Assembly (NCBI GenBank): GCA_025451775.1 | Contig: JANWJU010000081.1 | Location: 11,696 to 75,695 of the forward strand | Reading direction: 5' to 3' | Length of the DNA: 64,000 nt | From: Terriglobales bacterium | Lineage (GTDB): Bacteria; Acidobacteriota; Terriglobia; Terriglobales; SCQP01 | In this document: one piece after another, positions 46,234-54,003 of the stretch | Numbering within the stretch: the first letter of the stretch is position 1 | How the letters are laid out: every line of letters starts with the position of its first letter | Translations under genes and position numbers: made by a program | The notes under the pieces: model-generated | Seen by the model: the letters and a program-made list of their open reading frames with translations, nothing else | Told to the model about the DNA's origin: nothing | Databases searched by the model: none

Positions 46234-47073
46234 GTGCTGCTCTCAGAACAAGAACTCCGTAACGCGCTGGAGCCGTTGCTGGACCGGCTGCTGGTGGAGC
46301 GGTTCAAATACTTCCAGCTCCAGCTTGAGGCACGGCTGCAAAGCATGATGGATGCCGCGCGGGCGGAGGCGCCCGCAGCGGCGAGCGGCGGCGAGCTGAA
46401 TGCGGGGCTGGAACGGCTGCTGAAAGCCACGGATCCGAACCAAGTCTTTGAGGGGCTGTTTGCGGGCTCGGCGGAGCTGGCCGGAGAGGTGCGGGCCCTG
46501 CTTGTGCGCTACGAGGAAACGATCACCGTCTGGCGGCAAGAAGGTTTGGAGCTTCCCGAGCGGTTTACCGCAACCGAACAAAGCACGGTGTTGAAAGCGG
46601 GGGCGGGGCGGACGAGCGGGACGCATCCGGTACGGGTACGGGGGCAGATCGTCGGGATGCTGCACTGGCAAGCGGCGGAGGCCCCCACCGCGGATCGCTT
46701 GCAGCAACTCGATCTCATGCTGCACGCCGCCGGGTTGGCGTTGCTCGGATGGGGGCTAGCCGAAGCAGGGATGCCGGAACGCCAAACTGGACGCCAAGAG
46801 CCTTCAGCAGCGGTTTCGGAGGAGCAGGAACGGGCGCAAGCGTTCGCGCGCGTGCTGGCGGAGGATCTGGAACTGTACCTGCGGCGGGAACGACGGGCGG
46901 ATATCGGCGAAGCGGGCCGGCTCGAGGATGCTTGGGAACGGTTCCAGCCGGAGCTGGAACGGTGCCGGCGGTTTTACCTGGAACGGTATCCGAACGAGGC
47001 GGCGATCGGCGAGGAGGTCTTTCGGGAAGCGATCGCAAAACTGCAGGCGAGGAGGCCCCCACTTGCAATCTAA
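46234..47073 (+). CDS. Hypothetical protein (degenerate GAF-like middle, helical AxxFARxLxxDLxLY C-terminal domain)
   Basis: Protein-like composition from GTG 46234, with TATGAT upstream. Confidence 0.7.
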   Translation: MLLSEQELRNALEPLLDRLLVERFKYFQLQLEARLQSMMDAARAEAPAAASGGELNAGLERLLKATDPNQVFEGLFAGSAELAGEVRALLVRYEETITVWRQEGLELPERFTATEQSTVLKAGAGRTSGTHPVRVRGQIVGMLHWQAAEAPTADRLQQLDLMLHAAGLALLGWGLAEAGMPERQTGRQEPSAAVSEEQERAQAFARVLAEDLELYLRRERRADIGEAGRLEDAWERFQPELERCRRFYLERYPNEAAIGEEVFREAIAKLQARRPPLAI

Positions 47074-47119
47074 AGGGCGAAGTGATGAACTAGGATTACG
47101 CAGGAAAGGAGGTGGTCCA

Positions 47120-47179
47120 GTGGAGAAATCTGGCAGTAGTTCGGAAAGAAATTGGACTTGCGAGGTGGCTGAGGCTTAG
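47120..47179 (+). CDS. Candidate 19-aa small ORF (MEKSGSSSERNWTCEVAEA) in a structured small transcript
   Basis: Very long Shine-Dalgarno-like GAAAGGAGGTGGTCCAG ending at the GTG start. Confidence 0.45.
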   Translation: MEKSGSSSERNWTCEVAEA

Positions 47180-47259
47180 GCCTTCGTACCCCGTGGATCA
47201 GGGTCGCGGAAGCTGCGGCCAATCTCATCAGTCCACCGACAGAAAAGCCGATGGAAAAG

Positions 47260-47286
47260 CGAGGCCCCGGTTGCACCGGGGCCTCG
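47260..47286. terminator. GC-rich terminator-like hairpin (possibly bidirectional)
   Basis: CGAGGCCCCGGT-TGC-ACCGGGGCCTCG 12-bp stem, preceded by AAAA and followed by TTG. Confidence 0.7.
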
Positions 47287-47346
47287 TTGCATGTGTCCAA
47301 GCGTTGTCGGAGCACGGTCGGGCGTGGTACATTGGGGTTCTCCCCA

Positions 47347-47421
47347 GCGGGAGTAACTCAGTGGTAGAGTGCGACCTTGCCAAGGTCGAAGTCGCGGGTT
47401 CGAATCCCGTCTCCCGCTCCA
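47347..47421 (+). tRNA. tRNA-Gly (GCC)
   Basis: GCGGGAG acceptor stem, CGACC-TTGCCAA-GGTCG anticodon arm, GGTTCGAATCC, encoded CCA; TGgTACATT -10 upstream. Confidence 0.97.
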
Positions 47422-47727
47422 AAAATCCTTCAGAAATCAGTGCTTGCCACCACAGAGATGATGTGATAAACATCTGCCTGTGAGAACACTCGCCTCACGG
47501 GGAACCCAATGCATGCGCGTATCTGCGGCGCATTGGCGGTGCTGGACCTGGTGTTGCGCCGGGGGGCGCCGGTGATGGGACGGCAGCCGCCAGCGCCAGC
47601 TCCCAATGACCAGAGTTTAAGGCAGTGGCTGCATCTGCCGCGGCGCACCGGCAAAATCGCGGCTCGCCACTTTCCAAAGGAAACGGCGCCGGAGGCGGCA
47701 CCCCAGGTGGCGAAGCCGGCGAGCACG

Positions 47728-47849
47728 GTGGCTCGCTACTTTTCGCTGGGTCGCTCCCGCTGGTCGCTTGAGGGCGGGCTTCGATTGGCGGCGCACGAGC
47801 GGCACTGCCGCTCGTTGCCCCGCTCTGCTCGTGGCATCTCCAAGCTGCC
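47728..47849 (+). repeat. Dispersed REP/MITE-like repeat, copy C (block 1 + block 2)
   Basis: Block 1 at 47728-47779; block 2 GCCCCGCTCTGCTCGTGGCATCTCCAAGCTGCC at 47817-47849; extra fragment at 47659-47673. Confidence 0.8.
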
Positions 47850-47979
47850 TTCAGGAGAGCACGCGGAGACGTCGCGGTGGGTGGTGCCACTGCGGATTTA
47901 GAATTGGTTTTGCTGTCGCGACCGCGGAGAAAGATTTCCACGGTTTCTTGCTTTCGACTGAGCTAGTAACTGCAGCGGA

Positions 47980-48336
47980 GTGAGAACGATGCGGAGCACA
48001 AAGATTTTATTGTTCGATCATTCCACCATGCGGATGCCCTTTCTGAGCGAAGTGCTGCAGAACGCAGGCGAGGTGGTGGAGTTCAAGGAGATGTCCAAGG
48101 CGATGACGGCGATCACGCGCGGCTTGGACGTTGATGTCGCGGTGCTGCATTACCGGCTGGCGCTGACGCCGCTCATCCAGGCGATCCGGAGGGTACAGCC
48201 AGGGGCGAAGATTGTGGGATTTGGATCGCCGCGGCCGGACCCGCCATTGGGGGTCGATCAGTACCTCAGCCAGCCGATCTTGAGCGCGGAACTGCGCCGG
48301 GCGGTCGAGCGGGCGAGCGCCAAACAACCGAATTAG
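47980..48336 (+). CDS. Single-domain pseudo-receiver (CheY-like) protein
   Basis: KILLFD..VDVAVLHY..AKIVGFG..GVDQYLSQPI..ELRRAV fits the receiver fold with non-canonical active-site residues. Confidence 0.65.
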   Translation: MRTMRSTKILLFDHSTMRMPFLSEVLQNAGEVVEFKEMSKAMTAITRGLDVDVAVLHYRLALTPLIQAIRRVQPGAKIVGFGSPRPDPPLGVDQYLSQPILSAELRRAVERASAKQPN

Positions 48337-48355
48337 GTGGCCAGTGGCTCGCGAT

Positions 48356-48937
48356 TTAGGCGGCCGGGGGCAAATATTCCGCCAAGAAGTTGGCGAGCAG
48401 ATGTTTGCCGGCCGGGGTGAGGATGCTCTCGGGATGGAACTGGACGCCTTCGACCGGGAGTTCGCGGTGGCGGACGGCCATGATGACGCCGTCGGGGGAA
48501 CGGGCGCTGACCTCGAGGCAGGCGGGCAGGGACTCGGGCGCAATTACCAGGGAGTGGTAGCGGGTGGCTGAAAAGGGCTGCGGCAAGCCGGCAAAGATGG
48601 TGCGGCCGTCGTGCTCGATGGGGCTGGTCTTGCCATGCATGAGAACGGGGGCGCGCACAATGCGGGCGCCGAAGGCCTGGCCGATGCTCTGGTGTCCAAG
48701 GCAAACCCCGAGAATGGGGATGCGGCCGGCAAAGTGGCGGACGGCGGGGACGCTGACGCCGGCTTGGTCAGGAGTGCAGGGGCCAGGAGAAATGACGAGG
48801 GCGGCCGGGCGCAAGGCCTCGATTTCGGCCAGCGAGAGGGCGTCGTTACGGCGGACTTCGACGTGCTGACCGAGCTCGCCCAAATACTGGGCAAGGTTGA
48901 AGGTGAAGGAGTCGTAGTTGTCGAGGAGAAAGATCAT
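48356..48937 (-). CDS. trpG: Anthranilate synthase component II (glutamine amidotransferase)
   Basis: [36 protein letters not shown]. Confidence 0.93.
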   Translation of the reverse strand: MIFLLDNYDSFTFNLAQYLGELGQHVEVRRNDALSLAEIEALRPAALVISPGPCTPDQAGVSVPAVRHFAGRIPILGVCLGHQSIGQAFGARIVRAPVLMHGKTSPIEHDGRTIFAGLPQPFSATRYHSLVIAPESLPACLEVSARSPDGVIMAVRHRELPVEGVQFHPESILTPAGKHLLANFLAEYLPPAA

Positions 48938-48955
48938 GGCGGCCAGAGCCTCCGG

Positions 48956-50479
48956 CTAGAGGCCGGCGCGGGCGCGCTCGATGGCGCGCATCATGGCGCC
49001 GGCCTTGGCGACGCTTTCCAAGTATTCCTTTTCGGGGATGGAATCGGCCACGATGCCCGCCCCGGACTGGATGTGTGCCATGCCGCGGCGGAAGGTGACG
49101 GCGCGGATGAGGATACAAGCGCTCAGGTTGCCGGAGTAATCGAAGTTGAGGACGCTACCGCCGTAGGTGGCGCGGCGGGTGGGTTCGAGTTCTTCAATGA
49201 TTTCCATGGCCCGCACCTTGGGGGCGCCGGAGAGGGTGCCGGCGGGGAAACAGGCTGCCAAGGCATCGAACATATCACGGTCGGGATGCAGCTCGGCGCT
49301 GACCTCAGAGACCAGATGCTGCACGTGGGAGTACTTCTCGACGGTCATGAGGGCGGGCACGGTGACCGAGCCCACGGTGGCCACGCGGCCGATATCATTG
49401 CGGCCGAGATCGACGAGCATGATGTGCTCGGCGCGCTCCTTCTCGTCGGCGAGGAGCTCGCGGGCGAGCTCGACATCCAGAGCGTCTGTAGCGCCGCGAG
49501 GGCGCGTGCCGGCGATGGGGCGGTAGGCGAGCTGGCGCTGGTTGACCTGCACGAGCAGCTCGGGCGAGGCGCCGGCGATGGCGACGCGGTCGAGCTGGAG
49601 GAAGAACATGTACGGGGAGGGGTTGATGGCGCGCAGGGCGCGGTAGACCTGGAACGGCGCCACGCCGGTGGCAACGTCGAAGCGCTGCGAGATCACCACC
49701 TGGAAGGCATCGCCGGCGTGGATATACTCCTTGGTGCGCTGGACGGCAGCTTCAAACTGCGGACGCTCCCAATTGGGGAACACCGGCATAGGACCGGCTT
49801 CGGTCACTGCGCGCGGGAGTTGGGGAGCCCGGCGGAGACGTGCGGCCATGGCATCGAGGTCGGCGGTGGCCTGAAGGTACTCAGCCTTGAGGTCGGGACG
49901 GTCTCCGTCTTGGGAACCGGCGTGGACACAGGCGACGAGGGTGAGCTGGCGGCGGACGTGATCGAAGATGATCTGGCGAGAGTAGAACATGAGCAACGCC
50001 TCGTCGAGGCCGAGGTCGTTGCGGGCGGAGGTGGGCAGATGCTCGAAGGAGCGCACCATGTCGTAGCCGAGGTACCCGACGGCGCCGGCGAGAAAGGGCG
50101 GCATGTCGGGCAGGGGGGCGATGCGGCGGCGCTGGACTTCGGCGCGGGCGAGTTCGAACAGGCTGCCCGCAACTACCGGCTCCCAGCGGGAGGGCTGGGC
50201 AGAACGCAGGTTGCGGCGCACAGCCAGACGGCCATTGCGCTGGCGGAGGATGAAATCGGGATCGACGCTCAGATAGGAGTAGCGGCCGAGCTTTTCGCCA
50301 CCCTCGACGCTTTCCAGCAAGTAAGAGTACTTGGAATGGCGGCCGCGCAGGCAGTTCAGATAGGCGGCGACCGGGGTATCGAGGTCGGCGAGCAGGGTGC
50401 GGACAATAGGGATCAGGGTGTAATCGGCCGCCAGTCGCTGCACGTCATCCAGCGAAAGCGTTGACGGGTGGGGTGACAT
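48956..50479 (-). CDS. trpE: Anthranilate synthase component I
   Basis: LLESVEGGEKLGRYS, NPSPYM, KERAEHIMLVDLGRND, GTLSGAPK. Confidence 0.95.
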   Translation of the reverse strand: MSPHPSTLSLDDVQRLAADYTLIPIVRTLLADLDTPVAAYLNCLRGRHSKYSYLLESVEGGEKLGRYSYLSVDPDFILRQRNGRLAVRRNLRSAQPSRWEPVVAGSLFELARAEVQRRRIAPLPDMPPFLAGAVGYLGYDMVRSFEHLPTSARNDLGLDEALLMFYSRQIIFDHVRRQLTLVACVHAGSQDGDRPDLKAEYLQATADLDAMAARLRRAPQLPRAVTEAGPMPVFPNWERPQFEAAVQRTKEYIHAGDAFQVVISQRFDVATGVAPFQVYRALRAINPSPYMFFLQLDRVAIAGASPELLVQVNQRQLAYRPIAGTRPRGATDALDVELARELLADEKERAEHIMLVDLGRNDIGRVATVGSVTVPALMTVEKYSHVQHLVSEVSAELHPDRDMFDALAACFPAGTLSGAPKVRAMEIIEELEPTRRATYGGSVLNFDYSGNLSACILIRAVTFRRGMAHIQSGAGIVADSIPEKEYLESVAKAGAMMRAIERARAGL

Positions 50480-50517
50480 AGGCGAGTTTTCATTGTAGCC
50501 CAGCGAAACCGCACCAG

Positions 50518-50555
50518 GTGGCTCGCCACTTTTCGCCGGGCCGTCCCGCTGGTCG
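50518..50555 (+). repeat. Dispersed REP/MITE-like repeat, copy D (degenerate block 1)
   Basis: GTGGCTCGCCACTTTTCGCCGGGCCGTCCCGCTGGTCG. Confidence 0.7.
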
Positions 50556-50584
50556 GCGGAGGCGACGCGTACAATGGAAGCAAC

Positions 50585-51325
50585 ATGCCAGCTGGAGCGC
50601 CCATGGCGAGCAACCCCGTGCGCAGCGACGAGTTTGCAGAGATACGGGCGGCAGCGGGATGGACATGGCGGCAGCGGGCGACGCTGGCGGCGGCGCGGTG
50701 GCTGGGGCCGGCGCTGCTGCGCACGTTGGGGTGCATGTGGCGACTTGAGCTGCCCGACGGTCTGCCTCCACATGCGCTGGACAGCCCGCCGCCGGCGGCG
50801 ATCTATGTGTTTTGGCATCGCTGCCTGCTACCAATTGCGTGGAAGGCACGGGGACAGGGCTACGGCGTCCTCATCAGCCAGCATTACGATGGCGAGATCG
50901 TGGCGCAGGTCGCCGAGGGACTGGGGTATCGGCTGTTCCGGGGATCGAGCACGCGGGGCGGGCGGGAAGCGATGGAGGCGATGACGGCGGCGCTGCAAGG
51001 CGGGCGGCCGATGGCGCTGACGGTGGATGGTCCACGGGGGCCGCGGTTTCAGGCCAAGGCCGGCGCCATTCAACTGGCGCGGGTGACGGGGCTGCCGATC
51101 TACGCGCTGCAAGCAGCACCGCAGCGCAGTTGGACGCTCAGAAGCTGGGACGGGTTTCAAATACCCAAGCCGGGGAGCCGGATTCGCGGCTATTGGGCTG
51201 GTCCGATGTATGTATCCCGGAGAGCCGGACCGGAGGAGATGGAACTCCGGCGGCAGGAGATGGAAGCAACCTTGAACCGGCTGCGCAAGGCCGGAGAAGC
51301 CGAGATGAAGGAGGAGAGCGCGTGA
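50585..51325 (+). CDS. DUF374 lysophospholipid acyltransferase family protein
   Basis: FWH, LISQHYDGE, RGSSTRGG, TVDGPRGP, SWDGFQIPKP. Confidence 0.88.
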   Translation: MPAGAPMASNPVRSDEFAEIRAAAGWTWRQRATLAAARWLGPALLRTLGCMWRLELPDGLPPHALDSPPPAAIYVFWHRCLLPIAWKARGQGYGVLISQHYDGEIVAQVAEGLGYRLFRGSSTRGGREAMEAMTAALQGGRPMALTVDGPRGPRFQAKAGAIQLARVTGLPIYALQAAPQRSWTLRSWDGFQIPKPGSRIRGYWAGPMYVSRRAGPEEMELRRQEMEATLNRLRKAGEAEMKEESA

Positions 51326-52227
51326 AATTAGGCATGGTGGGACTGGGCCGCATGGGCGGCAACATGACAGAACGGCTGCTGCAAGGCGGCCACCAAGTGG
51401 TGGTCTATGATCCGGCGGCGGCGGCGGTGCAACAGGCGGCGCAGCGGGGCGCGACGGCGTCGGGCGGGCTGGCCGAGTTGGTGAAGCAACTACCCACGCC
51501 GCGGGTGGTGTGGATGATGGTGCCGTCGGGGGCGATCACCACCAACACCGTCAATCAACTGCTGGAATTGCTGGCGCCCGACGATGTGCTCATCGATGGC
51601 GGCAACTCCTATTACAAGGATTCGGTGGTGCATGCCGGGCTGGCCAGCACAAAGCAGGTGCACTTTTTGGATGCGGGCACGAGCGGCGGGGTGTGGGGAT
51701 TGAAGGTCGGATACTGCCTCATGGTAGGCGGCGAGAAAGCCGTCTTCGAGCGCGTGTCGCCGATCCTGAAGACGCTGGCGCCGCCAGATGGTTTCCTCTA
51801 CACCGGGCCTGCCGGGTCAGGGCATTTCGTGAAGATGGTGCATAACGGGATCGAGTACGGGATGCTGCAGGCGTACGGCGAGGGTTTTGAAATCCTGGAG
51901 AAATCGGAGTACCCCGTGGATTTGGGGGCGGTCGCGCATTTGTGGAACCAGGGGAGCGTGATCCGGTCGTGGCTGTGCGAGTTGGCGGAGCGCGCCTTCG
52001 CCCGGGAGCCGCACTTGGAGAGTTTGCGCGGGTACGTCGACGACTCCGGCGAGGGGCGGTGGACGGTGCAGGCGGCGATCGACGAGAACGTGCCCGCGCC
52101 GGTACTGACGCTCTCGCTGCTGGCGCGGCTGCGTTCACGGCAGGAGGAGTCGTTCAGCGCCAAAGTAATTGCGGCGCTGCGTAATGAGTTTGGCGGACAC
52201 GCGGTGAAGAAGGAAGGCGCGAAGTGA
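51322..52227 (+). CDS. gnd: Decarboxylating 6-phosphogluconate dehydrogenase (short type)
   Basis: GLGRMG, IDGGNS, DAGTSGG, GHFVKMVHNGIEYG, DSGEGRW, RNEFGGH. Confidence 0.95.
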   Translation: MKLGMVGLGRMGGNMTERLLQGGHQVVVYDPAAAAVQQAAQRGATASGGLAELVKQLPTPRVVWMMVPSGAITTNTVNQLLELLAPDDVLIDGGNSYYKDSVVHAGLASTKQVHFLDAGTSGGVWGLKVGYCLMVGGEKAVFERVSPILKTLAPPDGFLYTGPAGSGHFVKMVHNGIEYGMLQAYGEGFEILEKSEYPVDLGAVAHLWNQGSVIRSWLCELAERAFAREPHLESLRGYVDDSGEGRWTVQAAIDENVPAPVLTLSLLARLRSRQEESFSAKVIAALRNEFGGHAVKKEGAK

Positions 52228-52916
52228 ATGTAGATTGGGTGCGGCGGCCACGACCGGAGGAGGTGACGGCAGAGTTTTGCCAACGTCTGCATGATCTGAC
52301 GGCGCGGCTGCCGGGGACGTGCCCGGTGGCGCTGACGGGCGGGGAGTCGGCGGCGGTGTTCTACGACGCCTGGGCGGCCTCGGGAGTGGCGGGGGCACTG
52401 CGCTTTTATTGGAGCGATGAACGCCTGGTGCCGGCGAACGATCCGGACAGCAACGTCAAGTTGGCCGTCGATCACCTGCTGCGGCCGGCGCAGGTGGAGG
52501 AGAAGCATATGCATCCGCCCGCCACCAGCCTGGGGCCGGCGGCGTGCGCGGCGGCGTATGCGGACGAGATTCGGCGCCAGGTCCCGGGAGGACGGGGGAG
52601 CACGCCGCAGTTTCCGCTGATCATTTTGGGCTTGGGCGAGGATGGGCATACGGGATCGCTGTTTCCCGGACGGGACCCGTATGAAGACGACGCATTGCTG
52701 GTGCGGGCGGTGGAGGCGGCGCCAGATCATCCACATGCGCGCATCACCTTTACGCCGCGGCTGATCAACGCCGCGCGCGAGGTGTGGTTCGTCATCACAG
52801 GGGCCTCGAAAGATTGGGCAGTGGAGCAACTCGAGCAGCGCCAAGCTCCGGTGACCCAAGTTCCGTCGCTGGTTGTGGATCCGAACCAGACACGGATCAC
52901 GGTGTTCCGGGCTTAG
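52224..52916 (+). CDS. pgl: 6-phosphogluconolactonase
   Basis: ALTGG, WSDERLVP..DSN, LGLGEDGHTGSLFP, RITFT. Confidence 0.92.
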   Translation: MNVDWVRRPRPEEVTAEFCQRLHDLTARLPGTCPVALTGGESAAVFYDAWAASGVAGALRFYWSDERLVPANDPDSNVKLAVDHLLRPAQVEEKHMHPPATSLGPAACAAAYADEIRRQVPGGRGSTPQFPLIILGLGEDGHTGSLFPGRDPYEDDALLVRAVEAAPDHPHARITFTPRLINAAREVWFVITGASKDWAVEQLEQRQAPVTQVPSLVVDPNQTRITVFRA

Positions 52917-52946
52917 TTGTGGCAGAGGGTTAGGTATAATTTTGCC

Positions 52947-53993
52947 ATGTCCAACGTACCTGCATACGCGGCTGCAACGGCCAAGTCACGGCTGGCCCCG
53001 TTTTCCATTGAGCGGCGGGCGCCCGGGCCCAAGGATGTGGCCATCGAGATTCTCTACTGCGGGGTGTGCCACTCCGACGTGCACCAAACCCGGGATGAGT
53101 GGGGCGGGGCGATTTTCCCCATGGTGCCCGGGCACGAGATCACGGGGCGGGTCACGGCCGTAGGGGGGCAGGTGACGAAGTTCCGGCCGGGCGATTTCGC
53201 CGGAGTCGGCGTGCTGGTGGACTCCTGCCGCAAGTGCGGCAATTGCCGCGAGGGGTTGGAACAGTTCTGCGACAAGGAGGCGGTGCAGACCTACAACTCG
53301 CGCGATAAGGCCGGGGCAGTGATGTATGGCGGCTACTCGAAAAGCATCGTGGTCGATGAAGCGTTCGTCCTGAAGATCCGCCACCCCGAGGCACAACTGG
53401 CGGGCGTGGCACCGCTGCTATGCGCGGGGATCACCACCTATTCGCCCCTGCGGCGCTGGGGCGCCGGACCGGGAAAAAAGGTGGGGGTGGTGGGTCTGGG
53501 CGGATTGGGGCATATGGGGCTGAAGCTGGCGCACGCCATGGGCGCGGAGGTGGTGCAGTTCACAACCTCGAAGAACAAGGTGGAGGACGCGCGCCGGCTG
53601 GGAGCGGATGCGGTGGTGCTATCGAGCGACGCGGGGGCGATGCAAGCGCAACACCGGAGCTTCGATTTCATTCTCGACACGGCGGCGGCGAACCACGACA
53701 TCAACGCCCTGCTGGGCCTGCTGAAGCGGGACGGAACCCTGGCGCTGGTGGGAGTACCGAGCACGCCCTATACGGTCGCGGCCGGGCCGCTGATCATGGG
53801 GCGGCGGTCGCTGGCGGGGTCGGCGATCGGCGGACTGGCGGAGACGCAGGAGATGCTGGACTACTGCGCGGCGCATAAGATTGTGAGCGATATCGAGATG
53901 ACGCCGATTCAGGCGGTCAATGAAGCCTATGAGCGCGTGGTGCGGGGCGACGTGAAGTACCGCTTCGTGATCGATTTGGCGAGCTTGAGTTAG
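52947..53993 (+). CDS. Zn-dependent NAD(P)H alcohol/aldehyde dehydrogenase (cinnamyl-ADH/YahK type)
   Basis: CGVCHSD, PGHE, four-Cys structural Zn site, LLCAGITTYSPL, GLGGLGH, YRFVID. Confidence 0.93.
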   Translation: MSNVPAYAAATAKSRLAPFSIERRAPGPKDVAIEILYCGVCHSDVHQTRDEWGGAIFPMVPGHEITGRVTAVGGQVTKFRPGDFAGVGVLVDSCRKCGNCREGLEQFCDKEAVQTYNSRDKAGAVMYGGYSKSIVVDEAFVLKIRHPEAQLAGVAPLLCAGITTYSPLRRWGAGPGKKVGVVGLGGLGHMGLKLAHAMGAEVVQFTTSKNKVEDARRLGADAVVLSSDAGAMQAQHRSFDFILDTAAANHDINALLGLLKRDGTLALVGVPSTPYTVAAGPLIMGRRSLAGSAIGGLAETQEMLDYCAAHKIVSDIEMTPIQAVNEAYERVVRGDVKYRFVIDLASLS

Positions 53994-54003
53994 GAGCCAC
54001 TTC

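Noticed and set aside
47104-47120. Possible 16S rRNA gene fragment on the minus strand
   Set aside because: Similarity is limited to about 17 nt, with no helix 44/45 sequence beyond it. Treated as a super-SD instead.
47513-47575. Trp/Cys-rich mini ORF MRVSAAHWRCWTWCCAGGRR as a trp attenuator leader
   Set aside because: It is not upstream of any trp gene, has no terminator/antiterminator, and TGG codons arise readily from shifted CTG-G in GC-rich DNA.
47509-47901. 130-aa ORF downstream of tRNA-Gly
   Set aside because: It reads through the dispersed repeat copies and has no protein-like features.
51322-52916. gnd-pgl without zwf as a novel pathway
   Set aside because: zwf is often encoded elsewhere, so this cannot be judged from one window.
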